Shown: positions 28,001 to 43,700 of the stretch, in pieces
Position numbering within the stretch: the first letter of the stretch is position 1
How the letters are laid out: every line of letters starts with the position of its first letter
NCBI GenBank assembly: GCA_951406725.2
Contig: OX597831.1
Location: forward strand, 65,162,001 to 65,226,000
DNA from: Octopus vulgaris
Lineage: Eukaryota
Direction of reading: 5' to 3'
DNA: 64,000 nucleotides
The notes under the pieces: model-generated
What the model saw: only the letters and a program-made list of their open reading frames with translations
What the model was told of the DNA's origin: nothing
The model's database searches: none
Translations under genes and position numbers: made by a program

Positions 28001-31000
28001 GTGGTTTGAGAATACCCAAGCTGTTTAATATTAAAGGAACAGTTGATTTATAGAAAGTTATGCTGTATGTATAAAGTGAAGCTGGAATACAATGAGATCG
28101 ATTCTTTTCTGTTTAAGAGCATAGTTGATAGGGATCTGAATTTAAGAAACTTTCCTTTAAAAACTAAACATCTACAATCAAAATATTTTCATCTGATACT
28201 TTTGTGAAATAAAAGGTAAACCCATAGTAATCTGGTTCCAAGTTCCAGTTATTATTTCCTTTCATTTACAATGTTGAGACTAAAACATTACTAGTCAACT
28301 TTTACCGATCCATTTAAATTTGCAAGGCTAATCACCTATCGAAAAATATATCTGATTATGAGAAATCTAAAACTGATTTTCACATACATAACTCAAAATA
28401 TATATAATATTATATATATAATATATAATATAAATTTTGAGAAGATAATTGTGAACACATCTATCATAGGGTAATTTTATAATTTCAATGCATATAGATA
28501 AAATTATAACGTACCATGTTATCAAAAAATGGAGGGGATTTAATGTATGATGACCTTGGATTCCAAGGGTACAATAAATCATCAGGTGTAGCAAGTTTAT
28601 TCCAACGGTCATTACCAGTCTAAAATTGAAACAAAATGTAAGACAGGTTTTAATATAACAAACTTCACAGGTTAAAAAATATTACCTAGATTTTAGAAAA
28701 CATTGGTATATGCAAACAAAAGAACAATATACATTACTTGAAAAAAAAAAGGATACGAAAACTTTACAAATTATGTATATATATAATATATAAATAATTT
28801 ATTGTAGTTTTGTTAGTATTTTTTAAATATCTCTATTATAAATATTTGAAGTTTGCCTATTAAGTTTACTTATATGGAAATACACAACAAAGTTTTTTGA
28901 CTTGTATCAACAAAATAATCTATAAGTACCGTAAATCCACGAGGATAATCCGCATTTTCCCCCCCAAAATTTAAAGATCAAAATCCCTAGTGCGTACTAT
29001 ATACGAGGTTAAAAATGGAAATTATTTTCTGAGCAATGTCCAAGTCTCTATTTGCTGTCTGGCAATGTTTATTCAGACGCATTTTGTGATGTCGGGTGCG
29101 AAAATACCTTAAATCATCCATAACTTGCAGTTAGCAACATTTATTAAACGTTATTACTGTTATTTCTTTATTTTCTGCAAACAAAATGCACAAAAAAGTT
29201 ACACATTTGCATTATGTTATATATATATATATACAATAATAATAAAGGACGTTACCGTATACATTTTTACAACGTTATATAGACCTCCTTGACTCAAGTT
29301 AGAGAAGGGATGCGTATTATACACAAGGTTTAGGTTTTCCAGAGGTACAGCCCCCTAAAAATCCCCTGCGTATTATACTCAAGGGTGGACTTTACTCGAG
29401 GATTTACAGTAAGTAAAAGATTAGTCGTGATTCCACTGCAGGTAAGCAGGGCACCCAAACACTGCCATTATGTGATTAAAGCAGGTTTTGAATAATTCAG
29501 GAACAAAACATACTTCAGTAAAAAAACTTGGCTTTTTATAAATATTCTTTTTAATATAAACTTACAGTAAGACTTCCAGCTTTGTAAAAACAAAATTACC
29601 TAACTAAATAATGTAAATTATTAGATTATACAAAAATATACCAAACAATTTTGCATTTTTGGCAAATGTCAGAGAAATACAACATCTTTGAATATGGCTT
29701 TGTCAAGTGTTTCTTAATGAGTTGCTGATTAGTTACTCAGCCATATCTAACCCAAACATTCTGTTTTATGTTTGAAATGTCAAGATCTGGCTTCTTACAC
29801 CTACCCTACAATGCCATTCTAAAGATATACAATCACATCATCAAAATCTACAAGATAATGCATAATTATTTCAATAAATAAGTATTACATTTATTGGAGT
29901 GATTTGAATTCTAAGGAGTTAGTCAGATTACATAGCATGATTTTTTTAAAAATCTCAGCTCATTAATATTATAGAGAGGAAAATTACAGCTAATAAATTA
30001 GGTGAGTTGCAAAGACTAAAAAGAAATAGGACAAGCATGCTCTAATGGATGTGTAATGTTAATGTGCATGAATCCAAATCCAAAAGTGCACTAGAAAGAA
30101 TGCTGCACTGGTAGGATCATGTGATGCATATGGAGATGCACTACTAAGTAAAGAAGTGGCAAGCACTTTAAGTTAGTTGAAGCTGTGGAAGGAAACTAAA
30201 GAAAACATATGAAGTGGTAAAGGCTGACCTGAAGAGGCAGTATCTGACAGAAGTGACTAGGGGCTGTACTGATGGTGGTATGTGTGTGGTAGTGCAGCAA
30301 ACCTGCCCACCCATGGCCAAATGTACCCTGACATGACTGTAGTGTTTAGAGGCTGAGATATTTTGCACCATACCAAGCCTATATTTACTACCCCTCAAGG
30401 CGGCGAGTTGGCAGAAACGTTAGCACGCCGGGCGAAATGCGTAGCCATATTTCGTCTGCCGTTACGTTCCGAGTTCAAATTCCTCCGAGGTCGACTTTGC
30501 CTTTCATCCTTTCGGGGTCGATAAATAAAGTACCAGTTTTGCACTGAGGTCGATGTAATCGACTTAATCCCTTTTTCTGTCCTTGTTTGTCCCCTCTATG
30601 TTTAGCCCCTTGTGGGCAATAAAGAAATATATATTTACTACCCCTACCTCACCTTATATTTTTATCCCCCACCATCTACTATTGTTTTCCCACCCTTCAT
30701 CTTCCTCTTTATCATTCATAACCATGCATCATTAATTTCCCCACCACCTGTTTTAACTGCATCATCCTCACCCTTCTGACTCCCTTGCTTCTCCCTAAAC
30801 CTATATATAAGAGACTGCAATGAATCACACTCATCCTCTCTAGCTAGTACACTCAAACTTTGCTTCTGTACTGTCAACCATCACTCCCTTTACTCTGAGC
30901 CATTTCTATTGCCCACCTCCAAATAAGTCTGCTTTTCTCATTATACTCTTGCATCTTTTCTGGTTTTTCTGATATTATTACTCTGTCTTTCCTATTCCCC

Positions 31001-34000
31001 TCTCTGGTCACCTGAGCAAATGTACATACATTGGGTTATTGAGTACTCTCTATCCTTATTATGTACAAGGTACTCTCTCCCTCCTCTGCCGGTCGCTCAA
31101 GATCCCTCCCTTCTATAGGGACTGGTGAACTAAACATCCTGCAATGTGGGAACTATGGAAATTCTTAACATAAAAACTGAAGTAGATTAAAAAAAAAAAA
31201 TCACAGCTATACTCACTGTTATTTTTGAATAGACTTCTTTGAACATAGCTGGAATTACATTCTTCTTTTCAACAACCTAAAAGTTTAAAATATTTCAAGA
31301 TTAAAATTCTTAGAACAAAGGTAAAGTGCTTTGAATTCAAAGATGTAAAAATTTCATTAGATTCTCACCAATTTTCAAAGTCTCATTTATCATTAGTAAC
31401 CAGTTTCCAACATCATAACTACAAACTTGCATTATCTATTTATATCAATTTCAACTTTTACTTAAGAAAGAAAATGCTCAACTAAAAATCAGTCAATTTC
31501 TAAAATTTTACAATTCTTTTTTATAACAGAAGCAATCCATACATACCCTAAATTTCAAATAATGAGATGTGAAATAAAAACAGTTGGGCATATCTTGATA
31601 AAACTGGCAAAAATAGAACACCAAAAAATAATGAAAGTTTACCTAAAGTAAATTGAAACGCCTATAAAAAGAAAGCGACTTTTATAGATTACCCTGGTAC
31701 TGATTTAAAAGTGAAGAAAGAAATTAAAAAGGGTGGAGGGATCATTAATACAATCTGTACCAGAGTGACTTTTTTATATGTATTAAACTGAGATGCTTAA
31801 TTATTACACCTTAACTATCAATTAAATAATATTCAAATTCCAAATATCTTAATGACTTTGATACAATGAACCAATTCACAACTACCATTAGAGAAATGGC
31901 ACTACTGTGGTTTTTTACATCTGCTTTTTCTATGCTGGTATGGGTCGAAGCACCATTCTACAGCCAGATGCGCTTCTGGCAATCAATCCTTATTTTATTT
32001 TCAAATAAGATATTTCTGCTGCACTCATCTTTACATGAGACCAGCATAAACTGCTGAGCTACAGGATCATCATCATCATTTAACGTCCGTTTTCCATGCT
32101 AGCATGGGTTGGATGGTTCGACCGGGGTCTGGTAAGCCATGGAGGCTGCACCAGGCTCTAGTCTGGTTTGGCAATGTTTCTACAGCTGGATGCCCTTCCT
32201 AACGCCCACCACACCGTGAGTGTAGTGGATGATTTTTATGTGCCAGGGTAGGTTGGCAAATGGCCACGATCGGTTGGTGCTTTTACGTGTCACCGACACG
32301 GACGCCATCAAGGATGTGTAGCTTAAAGGAGACACAAAACACATCACTTGCTGAAACAGTGTCAATGAGAAAACACAGAGATAAAAGCAGTCTTACATAT
32401 TAAATTTCATTTACCAGACACTGTAAATTAAATTTAATGATAAGTTCAAAGATATAATAAAGGACACACACAAGGTAGCATGCACTGGAATAGAACCCCA
32501 AACCATATGATTGTGAAGTAAACTTCATAATTACATAACCACTAAGGTGGTGAGCTGGCAGAACTGTTAGCTCACCAGGAAAAATGCTTGGCAGCATTTT
32601 GTCCATCCTTATAATCTGAGTTCAAATTTCACCAAAACTGACCTTGTCTTTCATCCTTCTGGGGTCAGTAAAGTTAAGTACCAGTTGATGTAATCAACTT
32701 AGTCCCTTCCCTAAAATTGCTGGACTTGTACCAAAATTTGAAGCCATAATTACATAAACGATTAGCAGGAGAGTAACAGTAGAGCATTTTTAGAATCTAA
32801 TGAAGTCTATAAAATATTTTTGGATTAGATATGTATTTTGCAGCATAGTATATTGTTGTGTGTTGCATTAAACGATGCAGAACAAAACTAATTGTTATTA
32901 CTTTATAAAACAACTTCTATGTTGGGTACTATTACATCAATAAAATAACAAAAAAAGGTTTTAATCACCTGGATTTCATTTCGGGTAGGCCATATGTCTT
33001 TGAGGTATATTGGTTTTCCATCAGCACTATAACCTATGAATTATTTTACAGAAGATGAGCTTCATTTAGAAATATAGTTTAATTCTTTAGTATGTAAAGT
33101 AGTTATGAAAATACTTGAAATACTGAGTCCAAAAATAAATTAGTATTCTATTATAAAACTGATTCACAAACATTGTGAAATAAGTTCACAATACAAATGA
33201 AACATCATAATTCTACAAATCAACTTAGCATTTCAACCCTCCAGGGTTCACCAAATACAATATGCATTACAATAAATATAAAAATTCTCAACAGTACCAG
33301 TATGCTGAGTCTATAAGTTACTTTATAAATTTCATTAGGTAACTATGTCTTAGTAAAACACCAGTTCAACAAAGTTATTGCAACCACTAATTCCATCTTT
33401 CAAAATCAATAATTTAAAAAATATTCATGCTGAATTCACCTTTTAAGTAAGTTTACCAATAAACTAAATGAATAAAAATAGCAGCTTAGGCTTAAATGTA
33501 GCAAGTATATGAAGTGAAAACTTCAATTACCTAATGGTTCTGTTTCAAAGTCTATGCAGATAGTTCCAGCTAAAGCATAGGCAATCACTAAGAGAGGCGA
33601 AGCTAAGAAGTTGGCTCGAGTAAGTGGGTGAACACGTCCCTCATAGTTTCTGTTTCCAGATAGCACACCGACAGCCACCAAATCACCCTGTGAAATAAGA
33701 CAATACATTTTGAACACTGAAATAATTTTACATTCACAAGACATATTTTTAGTTATGTTTTCTTTCATTTTTATGACATTTAAGAATAATACAACAATTT
33801 CCTAACTGACACTGGACAAATTTGTTAGAAAGGAGAAAGGCAAAAGCTTAGAAACCTCAGTTACAAGTAAGTGGGAAAGAGGACAAACCTTTTCAATAGC
33901 TGTAGATACTTCATCAAACAATGGGCCACTGTTTCCAATACAAGTCATACAACCATAGCCAACAATATTAAATCTGAATATGAAACACAAAGACAATATC

Positions 34001-37000
34001 TTAAATATAATAATACTCCCATTGTTACTATTTTTATATCTGGATGAATTTTTATTTGAGGAAAATTAATGTAGATTGGAAATAGTCTCTTTATGTTCAT
34101 AAAGCTTACCCTAATTCTTCTAGATAAGGTATAACACCACTTTCTTTGAGGTAATAGGTAACTACACCACTGCCAGGGGATAAGCTGGTTTTGATGTAAG
34201 GAAGTACTTTTAAACCAGCATCCACTGCCTTTTTAGCCAATAAACCTTTAAAAAAAAAAAGAGTAGATAAAGAAAAAAGTTTCATTCAGTAAATTTTACA
34301 TAAAAATAATAATAATAATATCAATTTAAAATGAAGAGAAGAAACAAAATAATTTACCAAATAATGAGTTGTAAAGTAACCATTAATTTCAACATCATGA
34401 AGGGCTAAAAATTAAATAATTTCTTAAAACACAAATATAATTAAAATTTCAAACTAACCTGCTCCTAGCATAACAGAAGGGTTGCTGGTGTTAGTACAAC
34501 TAGTTATGGCTGCCATAACAACAGAACCATGACTTAAAATTTCTTCTTTACTTTCAAACTCAAATGGAATGGTTATATCTAATTTATCAGGAGGAATCTG
34601 GAAACCCTGCAGAACAGAAATGAAAGAACTCATTAACTTCATTTAGCCTTTCGTTTTTTTTTTCTTAATTGTTAAATTAATTTAATTGTTACGCGTATCT
34701 AAAATTATTCGTTTTGTTTTTGTTTTGAGATACAAGTGTATTGTTTAAACTATTTTCCATTACTTAAGAAAAAAAAAACGAAAGGCTAAAACGAAAGCAA
34801 TGGAAAATAATTTAAACAATTAACAAACAAAATAATTCTATAATTTTATACACACGCTTTCCGAACGTAAACATAACAGTGACAGGATGTTGTCTCAGTT
34901 TTAGACACAGCAAATGATTTTAGCTAAATAGAGGCAATTGATTGGTTAAAATTCGAAAAATTAAACTTACAAATTACTATTTCCTCAAGAAAGCTAAGAG
35001 AAAAAATGTTTTATTTTGACACATTCTACCAGTATACAAAGTTTAAAAGTGTTTAGTTAACTAGAAATTGTGTTGAAAACTACCGTTCAAACCGAAAAGA
35101 TCCCTTTTATGTACAAATGACAATGGATTTGTTCAAAACTTTGGTAGCATCTTGCTGTGCCTCAATGTTTATGTTTTACATCATGAGATTCAACATAGTA
35201 AACATGTAAAGTTTAAGATTGTAAGCATTTATTTATTAACTTGGATTCTTTCTTCACCAAGGAAAGGCATACACATAGGCATAAAGATACATAGATAAAA
35301 ATGTGTGTATAGGTGTATCTCTTTCTCTCTCTCTCTCATATATGGAGAGAGAGAGAGAGGAGAAAGAGGGAGAGCAATGAATATCTACAACAAAATTCTT
35401 ATGTGGTTTACAAATAGGCTATTTTGGACGTATGACAGAGGGCTGGCAAACCAAATGGCTGCACCAGACTTCAATCTTGATCTAGCAGAGTTTCTACAGC
35501 TGGATGCCCTTCCTAACGCCAACCACTCCGAGAGTGTAGTGGGTACTTTTACGTGCCAGTCAGGCGGCACTGGCAACGACCTCGCTCGAATCTTTTACAC
35601 ATGCCATTGGCACGGATGCCAGTAAGGTGATGCTAGTAACGATCACGCTCGAATGGTGCTTTTTACATGCCACCGGCACAGAGGCCTGATAGCCGCTCTG
35701 GCAACGATCATGCTCGGATGGTGCTCTTAATACCCTACTAACACGGGGCTCGAGTGCCAGTAATGCGACGCTGGTAACGATCACGCTCGAATGGTGCCTT
35801 TTAAGTATGACTGGCACGGAAGCCAGTTAGCCGCTCTGTCAATGATCACACTCGTATGGTACTCATTGCACCCCGCTAGCATGCTATTTACATATAAGTA
35901 AATAATGAAAGGTTAAAATAGAAACAGTCTTATGTATGAAGTAATTTTATATGAGATTTACCTTGAAACCAGCTGGTGATGTCAAACAGTTCTTGAAATC
36001 TTCTTTCATATTTGTCACTAATACCTTGTCATGAGGACGCTTGGGTCCTGAACAGCACGAACTTACTGTGCTCAAATCCAATTCATAATACTGTTTAAGT
36101 AAAATAATAAAAACAAACAAAAAAATCACTAACATACATTTTCCCATACACATATGTGAAATTAATTTTGTAACAACAAATGTTTATCAAACTATAATTT
36201 TGAACTCAATATTATGTAAGCACCATAATGTAATCTAGACAAGATAATCATTCTAAGATCTTGCAGTTATGGTTAGACTAGGTTTTGCTGATAATGACTA
36301 ATAAAAATATGACAAAAGCCATTTACTGTACCACAAAAAATCATGTGCACTCTCCACTGCATTCTATATTCCACTGAATTTAATTAAAATTTCGGAGTGG
36401 TCTCCCCTATATTTTTGTCTTTTTTTGTTATGAAGAAGTCCTATACTTTTAGTTAACCTCGAGGCTTACTGTACGAAATATGCATGCATGCACTTTACTA
36501 CATGTTGTACTTCAAGTACTAGCCATTTGCCTTTACAATTCATTTAGATAATACTAGCACTATGACCTGGCAACGCCGGGTCATAGTGCTAGTGCATGCA
36601 TATACAGCTGCATGCATGTGCACATACACACACGAGTACTGTCCAAATCTCTGACCAATCACATACAGCTAGCTGGCATTCAATTGGCGTATCAAGTTTC
36701 GGGCATTTTGATTAGGTTTTGGATAGAAAATTCACAAAAAAGTCACTTCTATTGATTTTTTAATGGCTTTGCAGGGTGACTGGGGAAATGTAAAGATGTT
36801 CACAACCACTCTTGGACAGTTTTGAATGACCATAGAAAGTGCAAACCCTCTAACTGAAAAATTGTGGATTTGTATAAAGGACACACACACACAGACATTT
36901 TGCCGTTTATATATAGAGAGATGAAAGTTCTTTTCTTGGAGTCAAATATCTTTAAAACATTTCTTAAAATGGAGAAAAACACAGATGAATGTGTTCTACT

Positions 37001-40000
37001 AGTAATGAGTAACAAGATTATAAAAAGGGGAACTGGCTGATAAGTAAAGTAATAAATAAATAAAAAAAAGCTGAAGCTTGTACAGGATGGTACAAGCCAA
37101 ATCCCAAGCCAGCTAAATTGGAACCAGATATTGCCTTTACAATTGTAATAAGAGATAGTGTTACATTATAAGGAACAGACTACCTTTGAAACACAATCTG
37201 GTTGTATAGATACAAGGGGCAGTCAAAGGTTAACTGTACTTTTGGCAAAACTTTGTTTAGGTTGGCTGCACTGCCTTCAGTACTTGCATATTAAAAGGTG
37301 GCACTCTTGTGGGTATGTAACCAAGGTTTGGCCTTTATTGTTCCAGTTTTTTTTTTTTTAATTTTTTATTTCGCTTGGGAAACCTAGGTGCTGTAAACGT
37401 CTTTCTCTCTATTGCCAGCCTTGTCTGGCACCTGTGCCGGTGGCACGTAAAAAGCACCCACTACACTCTCGGAGTGGTCGGCATTAGGAAGGGCATCCAG
37501 CTGTAGAAACACTGCCAGATCAGACTGGGCCTGGTGCAGCCTCCTGGCTCCCCAGACCCCAGTTGAACCGTCCAACCCATGCTAGCATGGAAAGTGGACG
37601 TTAAACGATGATGATGATGATTGTTACAGAATAAACATGGCCACTCCACTGCCAGTGTGCACCAAGGAAGAACAGAGATTAGTGATCTGATTTCTCTGGC
37701 TTGGATGTGTGTCCAGGTTCGAAATTTATTGCAGGCAATATAAGGACAGCGCTATACTGCATAAAAGTGTGTATGAGTGGAGTAACAAGTTTTAAAATGG
37801 CCAGAGAAATGTGAAGCATGAAATGGGAGCAGGACACCCATCAACCTCCACCACAAGTTCAAGGGGCGGTTCTGGCAAACCAATGAATGAACATCAATGC
37901 GGTGGCATGTTCTCTGCAAATTAGTCATGTTTCTGAATATGAAATCATCTTAGACAAGCTTTACTTGCGTAAAGTCTGTGTGAGATAGGAGCCAAGGGAG
38001 CTTATCAAAGTGCATAACCACAACAATGCTTACTCAACCAGTACTACGATGAAGGTGAAGCTGTTTTGGAAAGAATAGTCACACTAGATGAGACTAGGAC
38101 CCATCACATTGAGCTAGAATTCAAAAGGTAAAGTATGGAGTGGAAACACCTAGAATTGCCAAAAAGAAATTCAAGACTTGACTTTCCACAGGAAAAGTTA
38201 TGCTGACTGTTTTGGGGGTGCAAATAGGCCTATACTGACGTATTTTACTGGAAAAGGGGTCTACAGTTACCAGTGTAGATTACAGTGAAACCAGCAAACG
38301 ACACCCAATGCTGAGGTCTATTGTCAAAGCAAGTATTATTGTTGCATGACAATGCATTCTCACATATGGCTGCCCACCACCCAGTTGAAACCATTGAAAA
38401 ATTGGGTCTCAAGCAGCTAGAACATCCTGCATAGAGTCCAGATCTCACCCCTTTTGACCTTCACCACTTTGGACCACTCAACCATACTTTACGAGGTCAT
38501 CAATTCGCTAAGAATGACAAAACACAGGACATGGTACATAAATGGCTGCGAAACCAGCCAAAAACCTTCTTCTCTGATGGAATAAGCAAACTAGCAGACA
38601 GCTGGAAAAAGTACATCAGAAAGCCAGGAGACAGTTGAAAAAATTATGCATTTGTTCAACCCCTGCTTTTGATTTAATAAATTACAGAAATAAGAGTGCA
38701 TACAATTTTTGACTTACCATATATTTATATTCTAACTAGAGGAGACTATAATCAATCAGAATTTATCAATAATCAAAAACATTTTTTCCTTTAGATGTTA
38801 AATAAATTTCTAGATAAGAGAAATCCTACAACTTACATCACTATATATAGGATCCTCCTCAGATTTGGTATAATCTCTAAACATTTTGTTTGCTTTAAGG
38901 AATGTTTCTATATATGAAAGTTTTTCTTCACTGCGATCTAAAAAGGAAGAAAATTTTGCAGAAAAAGTGAAATGTAGCAATTACCACATCATAAAATATA
39001 TATAATTTACTGTAACAACATAACAAACTGAATCTCGTTTAGATTCAAAGTAAAGTTTTTTCATGTCTAATAATGACCGACAACAACCATTTTCCTATTT
39101 TCATATAAACCTAGAATACGAAGTAACAACACTCATATTCTGATATCTAAACCTCAATTATCGAACTCATTTACTCTTTTACTTGTTTCAGTCATGTGAC
39201 TGTGGCCATGCTGGAGCACCGCCTTTAGCTGATCAAATCGACCCCAGGACTTATTCTTTGTAAGCCTAGTACTTATTTTATCGGTCTTTTTTTTGCCGAA
39301 CCGCTAAGTTACGGGGACATAAACACACTAGCATCAGTTGTTAAGCGATGTTGGGGGGACAAACACAGACACGCACATATATATACATATATACGATGGG
39401 CTTCTTTCAGTTTCCGTCTGCCAAATCCACTCACAAGGCTTTGGTCGGCCCGAGGCTATAGTAGAAGACACTTACCCAAGGTGCCACGCAGTGGGACTGA
39501 ACTCGGAAACATGTGGTTCATAAGCAAGCTACTTACCACACAGCCACTGTTATTTTTAGACATAACTGAAATTTACTTAACCAAATGTCATTAAAATGCT
39601 TGTTTCAGAAAAGTGTATGATGTATATGAATCAGATGTGAGCGAAAACTGATCCTCAAAATTTTGATTTGAAGAATTATGTTCCAAACCTCCAATCACTT
39701 ATAGATGGTAAATATTTCTCATTACGATAAGAAATGCTTTGTGAAAATTATTCAACCTTGACTGCATAAAGTTTAGACTGAAGATAATTGCATAAAACAG
39801 CAAATCTTAGATTTATGTAAAGTAGCACAATACTGCAAGAGATAAGTTTTATAAAGTGACATATCCTTTAGAATTTATCAAAAAGAAAATCAGTATACAG
39901 TCATTAGAATTTTTACTTTAATAAATGTCTAATAGACAGGTAGCAAGTAGCCATTTTAAAATAAGGCGCCAATTTGTGGTAGCTGGCAATATGACATAAT

Positions 40001-40767
40001 GTCGTATTGCTGAAGAAATATTATTGTCGTTTTTCCATTGGTTAATATAACTGCTCATATAAGAATTCTAAGAGTTACTTAAAGAATATTTGTATGTAAT
40101 TTCGATTCTTTAAAGTCAAGTTGAGCAGTTATAAAAACCCTGGATTTTGGGAAAAACTTCAGTGTTTGTTGGATGTAACTAAACTCCACGACACTCACTC
40201 CTTTGAGACATTGGTGATTTTTCATGCCATGTCCAAAGGAAAATCCAACAAGTCTTGTTTGGATTGTTACTCTTGTGTCAGTAACTCTTAGACACTGACA
40301 CAAGCACAAAGAAAAGATGTTAATGCAAAAAAAAAAAAAAAAGATGAAATAAGAACCCAAAGTAAATACAAAAATTAGCAATGGACAGATGGAAGAAAGT
40401 AAACTTGCACATACATACACACACACATCTGATTAAAAGTAATGTCAAATGTCTTACTGGTTTGTTGAAGATAATCCATACTCATTTGATCAATTGGAAA
40501 ATAACCAACAGTAGCTCCGTATTCAGGACACATATTGGATATCGTTGATCGATCAGCAATAGAAAGTTGGGCAACTCCTGGGCCGTAGAACTCAACAAAT
40601 TTACCAACAACACCAACACTTCGTAGATGCTAGACAGAACAAAAAGAGAACATCTTGATATAGAAATATAGAAAACTTTAAATCACACACCGGAGTTTTT
40701 TTGTTGTTGTTGTTGGTTTTGTTCTATGATGTTGCTGAGAGAGGTGGGAAAGAAAATATCCATATGG

Positions 40768-40799
<32 letters not shown>

Positions 40800-43700
40800 A
40801 AAGAAATGAAGTATATGAATAGGTCAGTGAGAATAAAGAGAGTGAATGGAGGTAAAAATAAGTGAAAAAAGATAAAATGAAATACAAGAAGAAAATGGCA
40901 AAGACAAGGAAGAAATAAACTTCATTTTTGACAGGCATCACAATAATTTTCAAATAAAGGTAAAAGCAAGGCTAGTTACAGCATCATTGAAAATAGATAC
41001 AGGAGAAACCTCAAGCTTTTCCTTATCCCAAACTGCAGCTAAAACTTTTAGTCCCTTGCCAAGAAAAAAAAAAAAATTTCATCAACTTGATAAAATTCTC
41101 TTTCCTGCCATCCCTCAACAATGACAGTTCTGTGGGCAAACAAGGCCATTAGCTCTAATACTGTCATTATCCCTAAATACTGCACTTCAGAGTTTGACCT
41201 TCAACTCACCCAATTCTTATCTCTCAATCAGGGTTTATCTCAATAGAGATATTTCCTGATCTTAATGGTAACAGAGACAGCCATTAACAGCAACCAGGAA
41301 TCGTTCACCTTAACCAGTAGCAGAGCTTTTGTAAAACCTTCTCAGAGAAATTTAGTGAAAGTAATGTTGTTACCTTCAACATCAAATTTCCTCTCTCATC
41401 ATCTGCATCCCCCATCTTAGTCCATCATTCCTCTACATTAACCTTTGCTTCAACCTGCTTATTACCTTACTCCACTCTAATGAAAGCATGCACGCTCATC
41501 ACCTTCTGTGACACACTGTCTGTGTCCTCTTTTATGCTCACTTAAGTGTTTGCTCTAGCACCCCATCACTACCGATTTCTTTACTACCCACAAGGGGCTA
41601 AACACAGAGGAGACAAACAAATGGATCAAGTCGATTATATCAACCCCAGTGCATAACTGGTACTTATTTAATTGACCCCGAAAGGATGAAAGGCAAAGTC
41701 AACCTCAGCGGAATTTGAACTCAGAACCTAGTGGCAGACGAAATACTGCTAAGCATTTCGCCCAACATGCTAACGTTTCTGCTAGCTCGCACCCCATCAC
41801 TACCTTCCTTTTATCTCTTTTAGCCATGTATCTTCTCTATAGCATGTCTCTCTATTACACTTTCCTTCACAAATACTTCCCCTTAGTAGTGGGAATTTTT
41901 TCCCTCTTCTTTTTTTCCTCCCTTGTTCTATTCCGTCTTATAAGTTACACAGTCACCTCACTAATGCTTGTGGCACAAAAAGTGCATCCAGTCCACTCTG
42001 CAAAGTGGCTGGCATTAGGAAGGGCATCAAACCAGAGAAACCAAGTCAAAGATGACACTGGAGTATGATGCAGCCTTGCAGCTTCTGGTTCCCTGTCAAA
42101 ACATCCAACCTATGTCAGTATGAAGAGTGGGCTGTTAAATGACGACAATGATAATGAGTAACCTTCAAGTATACAAACCATCAGGCATTTGCCATATTCT
42201 GAACGCCTTACTTCCCTGCGCATGGATACATTGAAACTCCAATGTCTGGCAGCTGACTTGGCAGACACCCATAAAATTATCAACCATCTTACAAACAATA
42301 ACTCTGAGCACCTTTTCAAACTCCATCTGTCTAACATCCGTGGACATGTTTACAAAGTCAGAAAGCAGCACAGCTCCCATGACTTTCGGAAACATTTTTT
42401 CACGCTAAGAGTTGCTGAAGCATGGAACAGACTGCCGGCATCAGTTGTTAGTTGTCGGAGCACTGCATCCTTCAAAACTTCCATGCTTCCTGAGATTCGC
42501 CGACACTACACCTGAATTTCTCCCCTCCATACACACACAAGCATGTATCTGACTCGTACATTGTTCGCTTTCCAGACATTTTGTACATTACTGCATATAC
42601 TTTATATGCTCTTTTTGACAAGTTGTGGTGCACTTGAGCACTGTATACAATAATTTCCTTATATATTATATTATATATATATATTATATAAACTATCAAA
42701 AGTTATTTGTATTTATTCAGGCCAGCCAGACTCAACACAAACGACTTTTGACAGCAGGAATAGCAGGATATTTTACCCCTATCATGTCACTTCCTAAATT
42801 TCCTCATGTTTATATGAATTTTTGAAACACATCCAGCATACCACTGCTACCACTACCACCACATCTCATCATTTTATTTCTGTTTTTTCATACAGGCATG
42901 AGTTGATTAGGTTTTCTGAAATACTGCTTTATAACTACGCAGTCTGTTGTCAACCCTTTTAGCTGCCTCTGACAATATGCAAAGACAGTATACCAATTTT
43001 AAATCTCTGGTACACAGAGTATACATCCAATACCATTAATCTTACAGATGCTAAACAGCTAAAGTCATACATGGAGCCTCCATGGAAATTAAGGCAAATT
43101 CCTCTTCAGAGTCCATACTATTAATGTAATCAGTTATTCTCTTCCCGGTCTGGTCAACTGGTTCCAACTATGGTTATTAACAAGGATAATGTTGGTGTTA
43201 GGAAGGATATCCAGCTGTAGAAACCATGCCAAATCAGACTGGAGTCTGATGTAGTCCCTCAGCTTACCAGCTCTGGTCAAACCATCCAACCCATGCCAGC
43301 GTAGACAATAGACGTTAAATGATGATGATGATGAATAAATGCTACTGCTGCTACTATCAACTCTACTACTATTTTCAACCAATATCACAAAATGTTTTTT
43401 TTTTTTTAGTAAAACAAGTAATAAAAATATATAGAAATAGAAATGTATGAATTACCTTAGTAATTGTAAGGACCACGTCAGTGGATGTTGTGTATTGATC
43501 AAGTTCACCAATCAATTTGTAACCAACAACTTTCGGAAGCACCATACTAATTGATTGACCAAGCATGACAGCCTCTGCTTCAATGCCACCGACACCTAAA
43601 ATAAATCATATTTGACTCTAGAGAAAATTAGACAACTTAATTGCTTTTATAAATAATTGATACAAAACAAGTGTTAGTCAGCGGAGTTCATAAGACTCTC

